64,000 bases of DNA from Diplonema japonicum (GCA_964019335.1 OZ025703.1:124001-188000), one strand, 5' to 3'; positions 34,962-48,460 are shown, numbered from the stretch's first letter. The notes: generated by a model not told the origin, from the letters alone. Translations and numbers: made by a program.

Positions 34962-35615
34962 ATGAGTGACACATGCCGTGACTACGCGATGGGGAGGTGC
35001 AGGAGGGAACACTGCAGGTTCTCGCACGCCGAATCGCCCCGCGACAGGAGCAGGGACAGAAGGGATAGCAGGGACAGGAGGCCGGCTAGAAGGGAGGCAT
35101 GCCGCAACTTCCGTGACGGGAACTGCAGGATGGGCAGCCGCTGCAGGTACGAGCACATCGAAGAAAGGAGAGTCGGCAGCGACAGGGACAGGGACAGGGA
35201 CAGGGGAGACAGGTTCGACAGAGACAGGGACTTCGGGAGAGACAGACCTAAGGTCAACGAGGTCTGCCGCAGTTTCAAAGAAGGCAGGTGCAGGATGAAC
35301 AGCCGTTGTAAGTACATTCACGAAGACTCCGACAGGGACAGAAGGGTCAGCCACGACAGGTACACCAGGGACAGAAGAAGCGTGGACAGACACAGGGACA
35401 CTAGGTACAGAAGCCCGGAAAGGAGGAGGAGCCCTGAGAGGAGAAGGAGCCCGGAAAGGAGGAGGAGCCCCGACAGGAGGAGAAGCCCCGAGAGGAGGAG
35501 GAGGAGCTTTGACAGATACAGCAGAGCAGGCGAGAGAAGGAGCGAACCCTGCCGCAACTTCCGCGAGGGCAGGTGCAGAATGGGCAGCCGCTGCAAGTAC
35601 GGCCATGAGGAATGA
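34962..35615 (+). CDS. CCCH zinc-finger (x4) RD/RS-rich RNA-binding protein
   Basis: Four Cx7Cx4-5Cx3H fingers, (RD)n and (RRSPE)n repeats. Confidence 0.85.
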   Translation: MSDTCRDYAMGRCRREHCRFSHAESPRDRSRDRRDSRDRRPARREACRNFRDGNCRMGSRCRYEHIEERRVGSDRDRDRDRGDRFDRDRDFGRDRPKVNEVCRSFKEGRCRMNSRCKYIHEDSDRDRRVSHDRYTRDRRSVDRHRDTRYRSPERRRSPERRRSPERRRSPDRRRSPERRRRSFDRYSRAGERRSEPCRNFREGRCRMGSRCKYGHEE

Positions 35616-35780
35616 GAAGAAAAAAAAATGAAAACAAAAAGAAAAAAGTGTATATTGTAACAAGTGTTTAACGAAACAAAGAAAGTAACAACAGGGGGGG
35701 ATTAAAAAAAAGAAATAATAGTACCTTCCCTCCCCCATTAAAAAAAATTACAAGCTGGGGTTTTTTTTTCTTTTTTTTTT

Positions 35781-35820
35781 GGTGGGCCGTTGCTAACCAC
35801 TTCGTTTCCTATCACAGTGA
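35781..35820 (-). repeat. Dispersed ~40-bp repeat abutting a T-run, copy 2
   Basis: GGTGGGCCGTTGCTAACCACTTCGTTTCCTATCACAGTGA matches 16305-16343. Confidence 0.8.
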
Positions 35821-36107
35821 TTTTTTTTTTTTTTTGCTTGGTCACATCTTAGGGGTTATCCTTTTCCCTTCTCGAAAAAAAAAAGAAAAAAATAGGTTCT
35901 TTTTTTTTCCCTCTCTTTGATTCAAAAAAAACCCCCCCCACTTTTTTCTTTTCACCTTCCCTTTGTTCTTCCCGTTAACCCAACCCCCCCTCCCCCACCC
36001 GCCCACTTTCTTTTTTTTAAAAAAAAAATCATTGAAATGCACGCACTAATCTTCACAAAATAAAAGACCGCTCATCAAACACAGGGGGAAAAAAAAAAGA
36101 GTAAACA

Positions 36108-39100
36108 ATGCCGAGAAGAGATTCTTTAGACTCCAGGGACAGGTACGACTCCAGGGACAGGTACGACTCGAGGGACAGGGGGGGCAGGGGCCGAAGAGAC
36201 TCAAGGGACAGATACGACTCCAGGGACAGGTACAGCAGGAGGGGGTACGACTCCAGGGACAGAGACTATGACAGGAGAGACAGAATGCCAGTCTGCTTCG
36301 ATTACCAAAGGGGCAGGTGCGACAGGTCAAGGTGCCGATTCGAGCACGTAGGCAGAAGAGGTGGAAGGGACGGAGGAAGAGACGGAAGGGATGAACGCCC
36401 GTTCGACGGCAAGTGCTTCAACTGCAACAAGGAAGGACACCGCAGCGCCAGGTGCCCCGAGAAAAGGTCCGACAGAAAGGGACCTTGCTACGAATGGGAG
36501 AAGAAGGGCGACTGCAGCTACGGCTCAGACTGTAAATTCCTTCACGGGTCCGGGGTATGCACGGGGGGGAAAAAAAAAAAAAGAAAAGAAAAACGGGTTG
36601 AGGAGATAAAAGAGATAATATCTCACAGCATGCAGGCAAAAATGGGTTCTTTTTTTTCTTCTTTTTTCTGTAGGTCTTTTTTCAATTTCGCTAGTGCAGA
36701 GTACTGGAGCCACCTAATCCATGTGATACACCCCTTTTTGACCAAAAAAAATCGATTTCCGCCCGATTCTGGGCACTTTTGGGCACCTGCGGCATTATTT
36801 TGCATTTTTTAAAAAAGGTGCCCACGGTTTGGTACCTGGCCTGTTGTCCCATCTGAATCTTTTTCTGAAAGAACTTAGAATTTGTCATGGTTTATATTCC
36901 CTTTGAACGCGGCTCTTTAGGACGCCGCTACCGTTTGAACGGCAGAGTACAGTCTTGCGTTGTAGGATTGTGAACTTTTCCGTCATTTCTGATGAATATC
37001 TATCATTTTCCCGAGGTTAAGATGGTAAGTTTGTTTCTGCAAAGATTTCAGGTACCAAACCGTGGTCACTGTTTTCAAAAATACAAATAAAGCATTAACA
37101 AGTGCTCAGAAGTGCCCTAATCAGGCGGATTTTGATTTTTTTTTTTGTTATTATCTTTCAAAAAATGATTTTATAACTATATGCAACTTGTGCCGAGCAA
37201 AAAACTTTCGCAGCTTTTTAAAAATCTTTTTTGCTCGTGCGAACAACAAAGACATATAGTCATAAAGAATTATTTTTTTGTGGTCATAAAGGGGGTATTG
37301 GGTGGTTTTTTTTTTTTGCCTTAGAAAAGTTTTTCCACGGGATGTTGGCAAAGAAACGGGGAAACGTACCGTTTCCGTTCCCCTATTTTCAAAAAAAAGC
37401 GTGCCAACATAGCCCTGGGGGGGGGGGGGGGGGGGGGGGGCGTTAACAAGAATAAGAATGAAAGTTATAATTAAAAAAAAAAAGAAACACCCCGATAAAA
37501 AGAAAAAATATTTTGCCTGCATGCTGTGATATTGTTTTATTAATAACCAACCCCCAAAGGCACCGCTCTGAGGGACGGAGCTGTGCTGAGGACAGGCCTC
37601 ACCATTATTTCCCGGAAGTGACAGCAGTGTGCATTTTCGTTGCAAAGCAGCCGTTCTGTGGGACTTTGAGAAGTGCACCTGCTTGGCAGGTAGTAAGCGA
37701 CAGTGCCTGTGGTAGCTGTGGCATTTTGAGTAATGTGTTGCAAAACAGTCCGGAGAAACAAAATCATTCCCGTTGTAAAAGCACTGGGTGAGGAGGACAT
37801 GCAGAGTTATGGTGCAGCAGTGGCATGTTGCCAAATAGCAGTCGTTCAGAATTAAGGCGCGCCTGCTCTCTCTTATCTGTGCCGGTGGTATTGCAGCTGT
37901 GTGGCATTTGGGCCATAATTAATGGTGGTGCGTGTTTGTCGGTGGCTTGTGTAGTGCCCAGGCTGTGTGCAGCATTGAAGAGGACATTGCATGGTTTGGT
38001 GCCATGGTAGTGGTGCCCATGCGGTATTGTGCAAAGGTGCATGGTGTGCCTGGTGCTTTGAGGTGCTGCGTGTTGCAGAAGAAAGTCCGGAAGATATAAT
38101 GAATGAATAAAAAGCGTGTCCTGGTTGGCATTGGTGTGGAGAACACTTCGCGATTTGGTGCCTTGGTAGTACCCATGAGGTATTTGAGTGGTGCAGTAGT
38201 GCAAAGGTGTCTTTTATGCATGGTGTGACCAGTGCCAAGGAGTAGTGCAGCGTGTAGCAGAGAAAGTCTGGGAAAAAAAGCGTGTCCTGTGTGTAGCATT
38301 GAAGAGGACATTGCACGATTTGATGCCTTGGTGTGCCTAGGTAGTGCTGCGTGTTGCAGAAGAAAGCCCGGAAGATACAAAACGAAGAAAAAAGCGTGTC
38401 CTGGTTGGCATTGGTGTGGAGAACACTGCGCGATTTGGTGCCTTAAAAGTGTTTTGAGTGCTGCAGTAGTGCAAAAATGTCTGCATGGCGTGCCCAGTGC
38501 CAAGGAGTAGTGCAGCGTGTTGCAGAGGGAAAAAAGCGTGTCCTGTGTGTAGCATTGAAGAGGACATTGCACGATTTGATGCCTTGGTAGTGGTGCCCAT
38601 GCGGTATTGTGCAGTTGTGCAAAGGTGTCTATGCATGGTGTGCCTGGTGCTGCGTGTTGCAAGAAAGCCCGGAAGATGTCTTGTGGTTGGCATCGATGTG
38701 GAGGACACGTCGCGATTAGGTGCCTTGGTAGTACCCATGCGGTATGCAAAAGTGTCTGTATGCATGGTGCTTTGAGGTGCCAAGGAGTGCGCGTGTTGCA
38801 AGAAGTCCGGCTGGATAGGGAAAGGAGGGAAAGCGCGGGCACGAGTTTGGTGCCTAGTAGTGACCCGTCGCATTGGGCAGTGTGCATTGCTGGGTCGGCT
38901 AGTTTGCGGTAGCGTGTCCTGCGTGGCATGGGTGGTACAAAAATGTTATTTATGCCCGGTGCTATGTAGCAGTGCTAAGTCGGGTGGGGGTGCTAAGCGC
39001 AGTATCAGGATACCATTGTTTGTGCAGGTATGGAGGCTGGATTCACACCCTCCCGAAGTGACTGCAAGAGTGAGGGTTTTCTCTTTTATTTTAATTTCTT

Positions 39101-39368
39101 TTTTGTAACTGTGTATTTACACGTTGCAAAGTTCTTTCATCCATGAACATCCATAAAAAATAAAATAAAAATCTCTTTTTTCCATTGTATTTCTGCACAG
39201 GACGACAAGGACAGGTCCCCCGCGAGGAAGGACGACCGCAGGAGCGAGTCACCTAAGAAGGACGACCGCAGGAGCGAATCTCCCAGGGACGCACGCAGGA
39301 GCGAGTCACCCAGGGACGCACGCAGGAGCGAATCACCCAAGAGGGATGACTCGAGGTCTGAGGACTAG
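36108..39368 (+). CDS. CCCH-CCHC-CCCH RS/RD-rich RNA-binding protein; exons 36108-36554 and 39201-39368, 2646-nt intron
   Basis: (DSRDRY)n, CFDYQRGRC..C..H, CFNCNKEGHRSARC, CYEWEKKGDC..C..H. GTATGC donor at 36555 and pyrimidine-rich TTCTGCACAG acceptor at 39200 join in phase 0 to an (RRSESP)n exon of the same composition. Confidence 0.8.
36624..37528. mobile_element. 905-bp non-autonomous TIR element (CAC...GTG ends) inside the intron
   Basis: 18-bp perfect TIR CACAGCATGCAGGCAAAA / TTTTGCCTGCATGCTGTG; flanks ATCT / ATAT (possible 4-bp TSD with one mismatch); internal inverted repeat ~36745-36790 vs ~37097-37142. Confidence 0.8.
37940..38810. repeat. Degenerate GT/GC-rich tandem array (~140-bp subunits, ~280-bp higher-order period) inside the intron
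   Basis: GCATTGAAGAGGACATTGCA at ~37972, 38296 and 38552; GGTTGGCAT(T/C)G(G/A)TGTGGAG at ~38123, 38403 and 38685. Confidence 0.8.
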
Positions 39369-39673
39369 AATAGGATTTTCAAAATCGATAAGTGTTTCCT
39401 CTCCCCTTTATCTTAGTGGTTCCCCCCCCTCCCCCTTCCCCAACACACATCATTTAAAACGGTTTTTTTTGACCTCCTCTTCCCAACCCCACCCAAAGTT
39501 TTCCACACCTCCAACTCCCCCCTTTTTTTTCGCACCCCTTACCCTTTTTCTTACCTCTCAATTCTTTTATCTTTTTTTTTTTTTTTTTTTTTTTTTTACA
39601 TTCCGCAATAATAATAATAAAACACACAAAAACAAAGAGAAACAAACCGTCTCTACCACCCCCGCATGGCAGT

Positions 39674-41583
<1,910 letters not shown>

Positions 41584-42485
41584 ACAAAAAAATAAAAATA
41601 TGGGTTGGGGGGGGGGGGGGGGGCAATACAGTTGCATGGGGAAACAAAGTGTGTTGGGACACCTCCCGGAAGTTACAAACAAAGAAACGGGGGGGAGGGG
41701 GGGGGGATAAGAAGTTCTATAAAAAATCCTGATCCTTCTCACCCGCACACCTTTCCCCTCCCCCCTCTTTTTTTTTCACACAATTTTTTCTTTTCACCTT
41801 ATTCTTCTTCTCCTCACTTCCCCCCCTTTTTTTTCCCTTTGGTTTCATGTAACAGTTTAGTGAGAGGGGAGGGGTTAAGAAGAAGAAGAAGAAAAAGGGG
41901 GAAGAAAAAGCGCTGTATTCTGTAATACAATTTTAGAGAAGAAGAAGAGAAAAAAAAAAAAAAAAAAAAAAAGACGGCACAGCAAAGGAAAAATGCAAAG
42001 GAGCCCATAATACTCTGTGGGCCCCATTATTTCGGTTAAGGAGAGAGAAAGAGAAAAAAAAGAGGGAAAAAAAAAAGGTAGGTATCCTTAGTTGCTCTTC
42101 TTTATCCTCGTCTTCCCCTGCTTTCAAAGGATTTCCCCCACCCTTCCCCCCATTCGTACTTAAAGAGGTTTTTTTTTTATCAGAATTTTTCATCTCCCCC
42201 CCTCTTTTTTTTTCTCTTCCAACATTTTTTTTTTTCTCCATTTGTCCCCTTTCAAAATTACCTTCATTCAAACACACCAGCATTATAAATAAAAAAAAAA
42301 AAAAAAGAAAAAAAAGATTTTTAAAAAAGAAAAAGAAAAAAAAAAAAAAAAACGGCAAATTTTTTCTGATTACTTATGTTCTATTTTTTTTCCCACCTTT
42401 CCCCCCCTTCTTGTTTCTGGCAAAAAAAGAAATTACAGGTTTTTTTTTTTTTTTTTTGAAAAAAAAAAAAAAAAAAAAAAAAAAA

Positions 42486-42794
42486 ATGCAAGTCGACAGA
42501 AGCCTCGGCTATGTCTTGGCCTTCGCAGGTCTATTCGTGGCCACTTTGGTGTATCTGCTTACCAATATTGATGTTCTGCATGTCGAAGTCATTCTTGGCC
42601 TTGTGGGCGCCAGTGTGGTATGGGCTGCTTCCTGCATGATCATGCTCGTGTCGGCCCGTGTGCAGTGGAAGAAGCAACGCAATTGGCGTTCCAGACACCG
42701 GGCCTCACCCTACTCGTACACCGCTAGTTCGCCGAAGGGAAAGAAGAGCTTGTTATCCTTTGCCGGTGTAACGGTAATATGCGACGAAAAGTAA
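42486..42794 (+). CDS. Small protein with two transmembrane segments
   Basis: ATG follows an A-run; coding-like composition; two hydrophobic helices then a basic tail. The 3' end could be spliced. Confidence 0.65.
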   Translation: MQVDRSLGYVLAFAGLFVATLVYLLTNIDVLHVEVILGLVGASVVWAASCMIMLVSARVQWKKQRNWRSRHRASPYSYTASSPKGKKSLLSFAGVTVICDEK

Positions 42795-42832
42795 TGAAAA
42801 AGATTGGGTGAAAGGGGGGGGATTGTGTTTTG

Positions 42833-43076
42833 TTTTATTTTATTTTATTTTATTTTATTTTATTTTATTTTATTTTATTTTATTTTATTTTATTTTATTT
42901 TATTTTATTTTATTTTATTTTATTTTATTTTATTTTATTTTATTTTATTTTATTTTATTTTATTTTATTTTATTTTATTTTATTTTATTTTATTTTATTT
43001 TATTTTATTTTATTTTATTTTATTTTATTTTATTTTATTTTATTTTATTTTATTTTATTTTATTTTATTTTATTTT
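42833..43076. repeat. (TTTTA)n microsatellite, about 48 units
   Basis: Perfect pentanucleotide repeat read directly. Confidence 0.98.
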
Positions 43077-43303
43077 TTCTATTATTGTTTTGGGTTCAGG
43101 AGATTCTTTTTTTTTTCTTCTCACTTTTTTATTTACTTTTTTTTTTTCGCTTCCACCTTCTGTGTTTCCACACAGAATGGGGAGAAAAAAAAAGAAGAAA
43201 AAAAAAAACCAATGCAGGGATAGATAAGGGGGCAATGGGTTGGACCTAGTGGGCACACACTTCTATGACATTTTTTTTTTTTTTTATGTATAGGAGAATT
43301 TAA

Positions 43304-44372
43304 CCATCTACCAACGGACCATTTTTGCCCACCAGGGGGTAAATTTTCAAAACTTCAAAAAAAACTATTCTAGCGCAACGCCGGGGCTATATGCCCCCGG
43401 AAATGCCTCCAGATGTCCCAATTCTAGAGAGTGGGTGCCCACAGCAGGGCCCACCCCCACAACATTGTCAAAAATATCGTTCCTGAAGTGCTCGAGAGGG
43501 GGTACAAAAAACAAGTCAAAAAAAATCGACTGTAAAATTCTATAAAAAGCTATTTAAGGCATTCTTGACGCGGTTCGCACGTGCAGGCTGACCACTGAAA
43601 TAGGGTTCTTTTCGACTTGCAATGCTTGCACCGCACGTTGTGCTACTTTTTCGGGGAAATGGTCCCAGAAGGTACTGTTGCGGCGTATTGGGGCCTCAGG
43701 GCACTCGTTCTGTGTTTCGGGGCATGGTATTGGGGCAGCCTGCTCTGTAGTTGACTTTAGCTGTTGTTTGGGCAGCCTCCCTAGTAGCCCTTCGATGACT
43801 GCCTCTTTGAAAGGCGTGAATCCACTGTCGTTCGTACTCAGGGTGTTGGGGGGCAATGCTTCTTTCCAAACAAGCCGGGTATTTGCCAGAGATTTATCTA
43901 ACAAGTACGAAAATACTTTCAGGGGCCACTTCGAAGTCATAAGGGTGCGTTTATGGCGTTTTGTCACAGCATCAAGGATTCCGATCTTCACGAAACCGGA
44001 TGCCTTCCAACTGCTCCGGCTTTGCCGTCCAATCACTCGGAATCGGTCGAATTCGAATCAGAATCACTGTCCGTATCAAAATTGCATAATAGGGATGAGC
44101 CATCAGTGCTACCATCACTCATAATGTCCTCTTCCGGCCTCTTTCTGGGTGCCCTTTTTTGAAGTGATTTTTAAGGGTAAATTTGGGCTGGCGTTTTTTT
44201 TTTTTATTTTTTCATTTTCTTGCAAAGTTAGGGCAGCATTTAGTTTATATTTTTCATATTTTCCGCGCAGGACCCGGATGCGAGAAGTGGCCGGGCTGTA
44301 TTGCATTGAAAGCCCTTTGCGCAAAAGATTTTTTTTCAAATCGTCTATATATAGACGCTCGTTGGTAGATGG
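43304..44372 (-). mobile_element. Non-autonomous piggyBac-family deletion derivative (1069 bp)
   Basis: TTAA|CCATCTACCAACG ... CGTTGGTAGATGG|TAAA (13-bp TIR); - strand keeps KRTLMTSKWPLKVFSYLLD and part of the Cys-rich domain; colinear with 62329-64000 apart from internal deletions. Confidence 0.9.
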
Positions 44373-45041
44373 TAAAAAAAAAAAAAAAAATTGAGGTGAA
44401 GATCAGGCCGCCTCTGCGTTGCTCTTTCTTTCCCTTTTGCCCTCTATGCTCTCTTCTCTCTCTTTTTTTTTCTTTCTTTTTCTCCAAGGCTTTGGGTCGG
44501 CTTGCTAAGTGCGCAAAACAAATAAACAAAACACCGAGGATAATATTAAAAAAAAAATATATATATATATATTTCGTCTACTCCGTCATACTTAACTGTA
44601 AAGGTGTTTTCCCGAGTTACACCATATCGCCTTACACACACCGCCCTTTGAAGTTTTGCAGGGTACTCCACTTTTTTTTTTCGCTGTGGGAAAGTGTTGG
44701 AATTTTTCGGGTTTTTGCAATCCCCCCCCCCTTTTTTTTGCATTGCCTATTGTCAAGCCCTGTATCGTGTGAGTCAATTGTTAAACTTTTTTTTCTACAC
44801 CCTTTTTATTTCATCTCTCCCCCCCCCCCCCCCCCCCCTCCATCCTATTAACTTCTCATTATCGTTTTAAACCGTAGATCCTAAGAGAAAAATGATCTTT
44901 TTTTTTTCCTTCACAATTTTAGTTTTTTTCCCCCCTGTATTCTGACAATAGAAAATTGTTGATACTAAAAAGAAAAAAAAAACTATTCGTTGGCAAGGGC
45001 CGCAAAGACCCCCCCCCCCCCCATTTCCATTTCCTCAATAT

Positions 45042-45862
45042 GGCCCTAAAATTCTAAAAAATGTTGACAAATATAGAACATGGCTTTTTTTTTTTTAAAT
45101 AAGTAGAGACAAGGGGGACGTTCCAAGACAGGAACCTCCTTTATCTCATCTCTTTTTATTTAATTCTGAGCAGCTCTCTCAAAGAATTTAGGCCGGAAGA
45201 TATAAAATCAGGTTTCACTTTATTTCACGGGCGTGAAATAAAGTATCTGATTTTTTTTTCCTCATGTTTTTAAGCCAAACGTTGCTGGGGCGTGAAAATC
45301 AGGTACTTTATTTCACGCCCACAGTCATTTCTAGCAAAATGGGAAGAAAACCGAAGGCGACCGGGAAGCGAGCCGCCAAAGCTGTGATGGAAGACACGCT
45401 TCCAACGGCAAGCAAAATAGCCTACAAGAAGGAGCCGGCATGAACCGGTACGTAAAACGCTCGGATACAGCAAGCAAAGAGGCCTCAGGCCGCCTACTAG
45501 GGCTGGAACAAACACAGCAGCCTGCAACGCCCCCTTCAGCCCTGCCCCCTTCGACACAGCCCACTTCTTCAACAGTGCACAGAATCACGTTTGACATAAA
45601 CGTCAACATCAATTCGCCGAATTGATCATACCAAACCCAGTACCGTGTTCAGTAAAGAGTCGCATTGCGCCGCTACAAGCAGGCAGTTGCGAAGCCACAC
45701 TTAGCACCTAAATTCTTTTCGAGAGCAGCTCATCATTAAATAAAATGCAGTATTGAATAAAATCAGAGCATGATTTCACTTGTGGGGTCCCCCACGCGTG
45801 AAATCTGATTTTCATTTAATAAATAGCTATTTTTCTTTTTTTTTTTTTGGAATTTTAGGGCC
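45042..45862. mobile_element. 821-bp MITE-like element with nested inverted repeats
   Basis: Outer TIR GGCCCTAAAATTC(T/C)AAAAA with AT on both flanks; inner ~40-bp IR 45154-45192 / 45707-45745; internal TTTCACG / CGTGAAA palindromic motifs. Confidence 0.75.
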
Positions 45863-45982
45863 ATATTTTTTATTTATACTTCCTTTTATATTTATTCCCC
45901 CCCTCAAAAAAAAAAACAAGAAATCTATTTATTTTTTTTTGAACGCAAAAAAAAAAAAAAAAAAGGGGGGGGACAAAAAAAA

Positions 45983-47638
45983 ATGGCTGTTGCAGCTAAG
46001 TCACGCCTGGCCTTTGCGGCATACCACCACAAAGTGAAGGAGGGCTTTTTCGACCCCCACATGAACACGTTGCTCTCGGTGCACGGCAGGGAATATCTAG
46101 CAGAGGAGCTCGAGACGTACGGGAAAATAAGCGGGCACACCATCAACGAGCTGGCAATGACAAGCAACCACATCACCATGATGCCCAGACTGGAGCCCTA
46201 TGACAGATTCGGAAACAGAATCGAAAAAATCGTATTCCCAGAAGAATATCACAAAATCGGGCGCCTGGCGTACGGAAGCAAAGTCATGCAAAAATACAAC
46301 ACAAAAGGCAAGGAATTCGACACCCTTGCCCTGCACTACCTCTTAGCACAGAACGGCGAAGCAGGACACTGCTGCCCAATGGCATGCACGGCGGGTCTCA
46401 TCAAATCACTTCAACAAGAAGATGCATCATCATCACCTATCGTCAGCGAATGGTTGGCTAAACTAACCAACCCGGACTATAACAACCACTACCACGGCTC
46501 GCAATTTATGACGGAAGTACAAGGCGGCAGCGATGTCGGAGCAAACACACTCAAAGCCGTTCCATCAACAAAGATGAACGGATGGTACGAATTACACGGT
46601 GAAAAGTGGTTCTGCTCTGTAGCAGACGCGCACCTCTGGCTCGTCGTCGCGAGGCCAGAAGGAAGCCACGACGGCACGAAAGGACTAAGAGGTTTCGTTG
46701 TCCCACGCCACACCCCTGACAACAACCTAAACACATTCCGCATCAGACGGCTTAAAGATAAACTAGGAACCCGTACCATGGCATCTGGTGAGATAGACTT
46801 CGAAGGTACCCTCGCATACCCTTTAAAAGGCGACTTCAGAAACGTTTTAGAAACAGTCATCAACACGTCCAGACTGTACAATGCGGTGAGCTGCACTGGT
46901 ATCATGCAAAGGTGCTATGCGGAAGCGCACGCTTACGCTCAGCACCGAGAAGCGTTCGGAAATCCTATATTGTCGATCCCATCAGTTGCCGTCGATGTCG
47001 TGTCTCTTAAAACAAGCGTTTATGGAGCGCGTTCCGTTACTTTCTTTCTCAGTGCCATGGCCGACAAAGCCGTGACAACCGGTTTGAACAAAGAGGAGCA
47101 TAGTGCAATGAGAATGCTTGTTAATATGAACAAATATTGGACGGCTGCTGCGTGTATTCAATCATGTCATACTGCCATCGATGTTATGGGAGGTAATGGT
47201 GCGATTGAAGAGTTCAGCGCGATGCCCAGGATGTTGAGGGATAGCGTTGTGTGTGCACAGTGGGAGGGTCCGCATAACACGCTATGTTCGCAGGTCTTGC
47301 GTGATAGCCAACGTCTTGGTTTGCACAAACCTATGTTTTCGTTTTTGAAGTCGCTTTGTGTTTCACCACTTCCTCGCCTTGATGAGTTGGAAGTTTCGTG
47401 GAACCACCTTCTCGCGCAACCGGACGGTCTTGCTACCCTGTCTATCAGGTCTCTAGTTGACGAGCTGTGCTTCCTTGTGCAGTACATTCTTCTTAAGTCC
47501 GAGAAAAATCTGGAAAGCTCCCGTGTTGCTGATCACTTGTTTATTGTGTCGGCCTTAGGGTGGTCCCCCATTGCCGATAAAGGATACGCTTCCAGGCTGG
47601 CCGGGATTATTGGTTCGCCGGCTGAGTCTAAGCTGTAA
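45983..47638 (+). CDS. AidB-like acyl-CoA dehydrogenase
   Basis: YDRFGNRIE, EAGHCCP, MTEVQGGSDV, GEKWFCS, RLKDKLGTRTMASGEI, REAFG, MGGNG and WEGPHN motifs; intronless. Confidence 0.9.
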   Translation: MAVAAKSRLAFAAYHHKVKEGFFDPHMNTLLSVHGREYLAEELETYGKISGHTINELAMTSNHITMMPRLEPYDRFGNRIEKIVFPEEYHKIGRLAYGSKVMQKYNTKGKEFDTLALHYLLAQNGEAGHCCPMACTAGLIKSLQQEDASSSPIVSEWLAKLTNPDYNNHYHGSQFMTEVQGGSDVGANTLKAVPSTKMNGWYELHGEKWFCSVADAHLWLVVARPEGSHDGTKGLRGFVVPRHTPDNNLNTFRIRRLKDKLGTRTMASGEIDFEGTLAYPLKGDFRNVLETVINTSRLYNAVSCTGIMQRCYAEAHAYAQHREAFGNPILSIPSVAVDVVSLKTSVYGARSVTFFLSAMADKAVTTGLNKEEHSAMRMLVNMNKYWTAAACIQSCHTAIDVMGGNGAIEEFSAMPRMLRDSVVCAQWEGPHNTLCSQVLRDSQRLGLHKPMFSFLKSLCVSPLPRLDELEVSWNHLLAQPDGLATLSIRSLVDELCFLVQYILLKSEKNLESSRVADHLFIVSALGWSPIADKGYASRLAGIIGSPAESKL

Positions 47639-47853
47639 GATGTGGGGGGGGGGGGGGGGGGGGGGAGAGGAAAAAAAGATGATCCTTTGTATCGCTTTTT
47701 TAATTATAAATGTATCGCATAAAAAAAATTTTTTCTTTTTAAAAAAGAAAAAGATAAATAGAAAGGGGAAGGGAACAAGCAACGACACATTGGGGAAAAA
47801 AAAAAAAAAAAAAAAAAAAAGCTTTTTTGTTTTATTTCACTTTTCTCTTTTTC

Positions 47854-47886
<33 letters not shown>

Positions 47887-48239
47887 GCCTCGGGTGGATC
47901 TTTAAAATCTGTGTAGCAACCTCCCTTTGTGTCGGAAGACACATGAAATTCTATTTTTTTTTTTAACGGCCTCCTTTGAGCAGCAACGTCAGGGTTGACT
48001 AAAACGGGTTTTAGAGATGACTGGGTGGTAAAAAAAAAAAGAAAGAAAAATAATACCAATGCAGCGTGTGCATTTCCTCCCTCCCTTCTCTCTTTCCGTG
48101 TACCCCCCCCCCCCCCCCCCATATGTTCTCTTGTGTGGTTTTGTCTTTTGAAAATTTTACCACCCTCCACTCTCCTTGATTGCTCTGACCTTAAACTGTT
48201 CCTTTGATTGGTCATGGTCACGGGTGTCAATCAAAAGCC

Positions 48240-48460
48240 CATACTGGACTACTTGAAAAGTCTTACAGACTACACTTCTCTCGTGACATTGACGTGGTCT
48301 TCAAGCCAGGCAGCATGATTTCGATTGATGAAACCATCATCCCGTCCTGCCAAGCAGCACCCAACAAGGGGAAAGGCCAAATTAAAGTACGAAGTCCTGT
48401 TGCTGCGAAAATGTGTAACGAGCAACATGGCGGGGTGCACAACAAAAAGGACCGAACGTG
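48240..48460 (+). pseudogene. piggyBac transposase relic
   Basis: FKPGSMISIDETIIP (first catalytic Asp motif), PNK..KG.IK and a degenerate N..MGGV(D) segment, broken by frameshifts. Confidence 0.6.

Noticed and set aside
37764-38929. Cys/His-rich ORFs in the intronic array; CRISPR-like appearance
   Set aside because: Frames shift between units, there is no constant repeat with unique spacers, no cas genes, and the context is eukaryotic.
42804-43249. (ILFYF)n ORFs in three frames
   Set aside because: Translation of the (TTTTA)n microsatellite.
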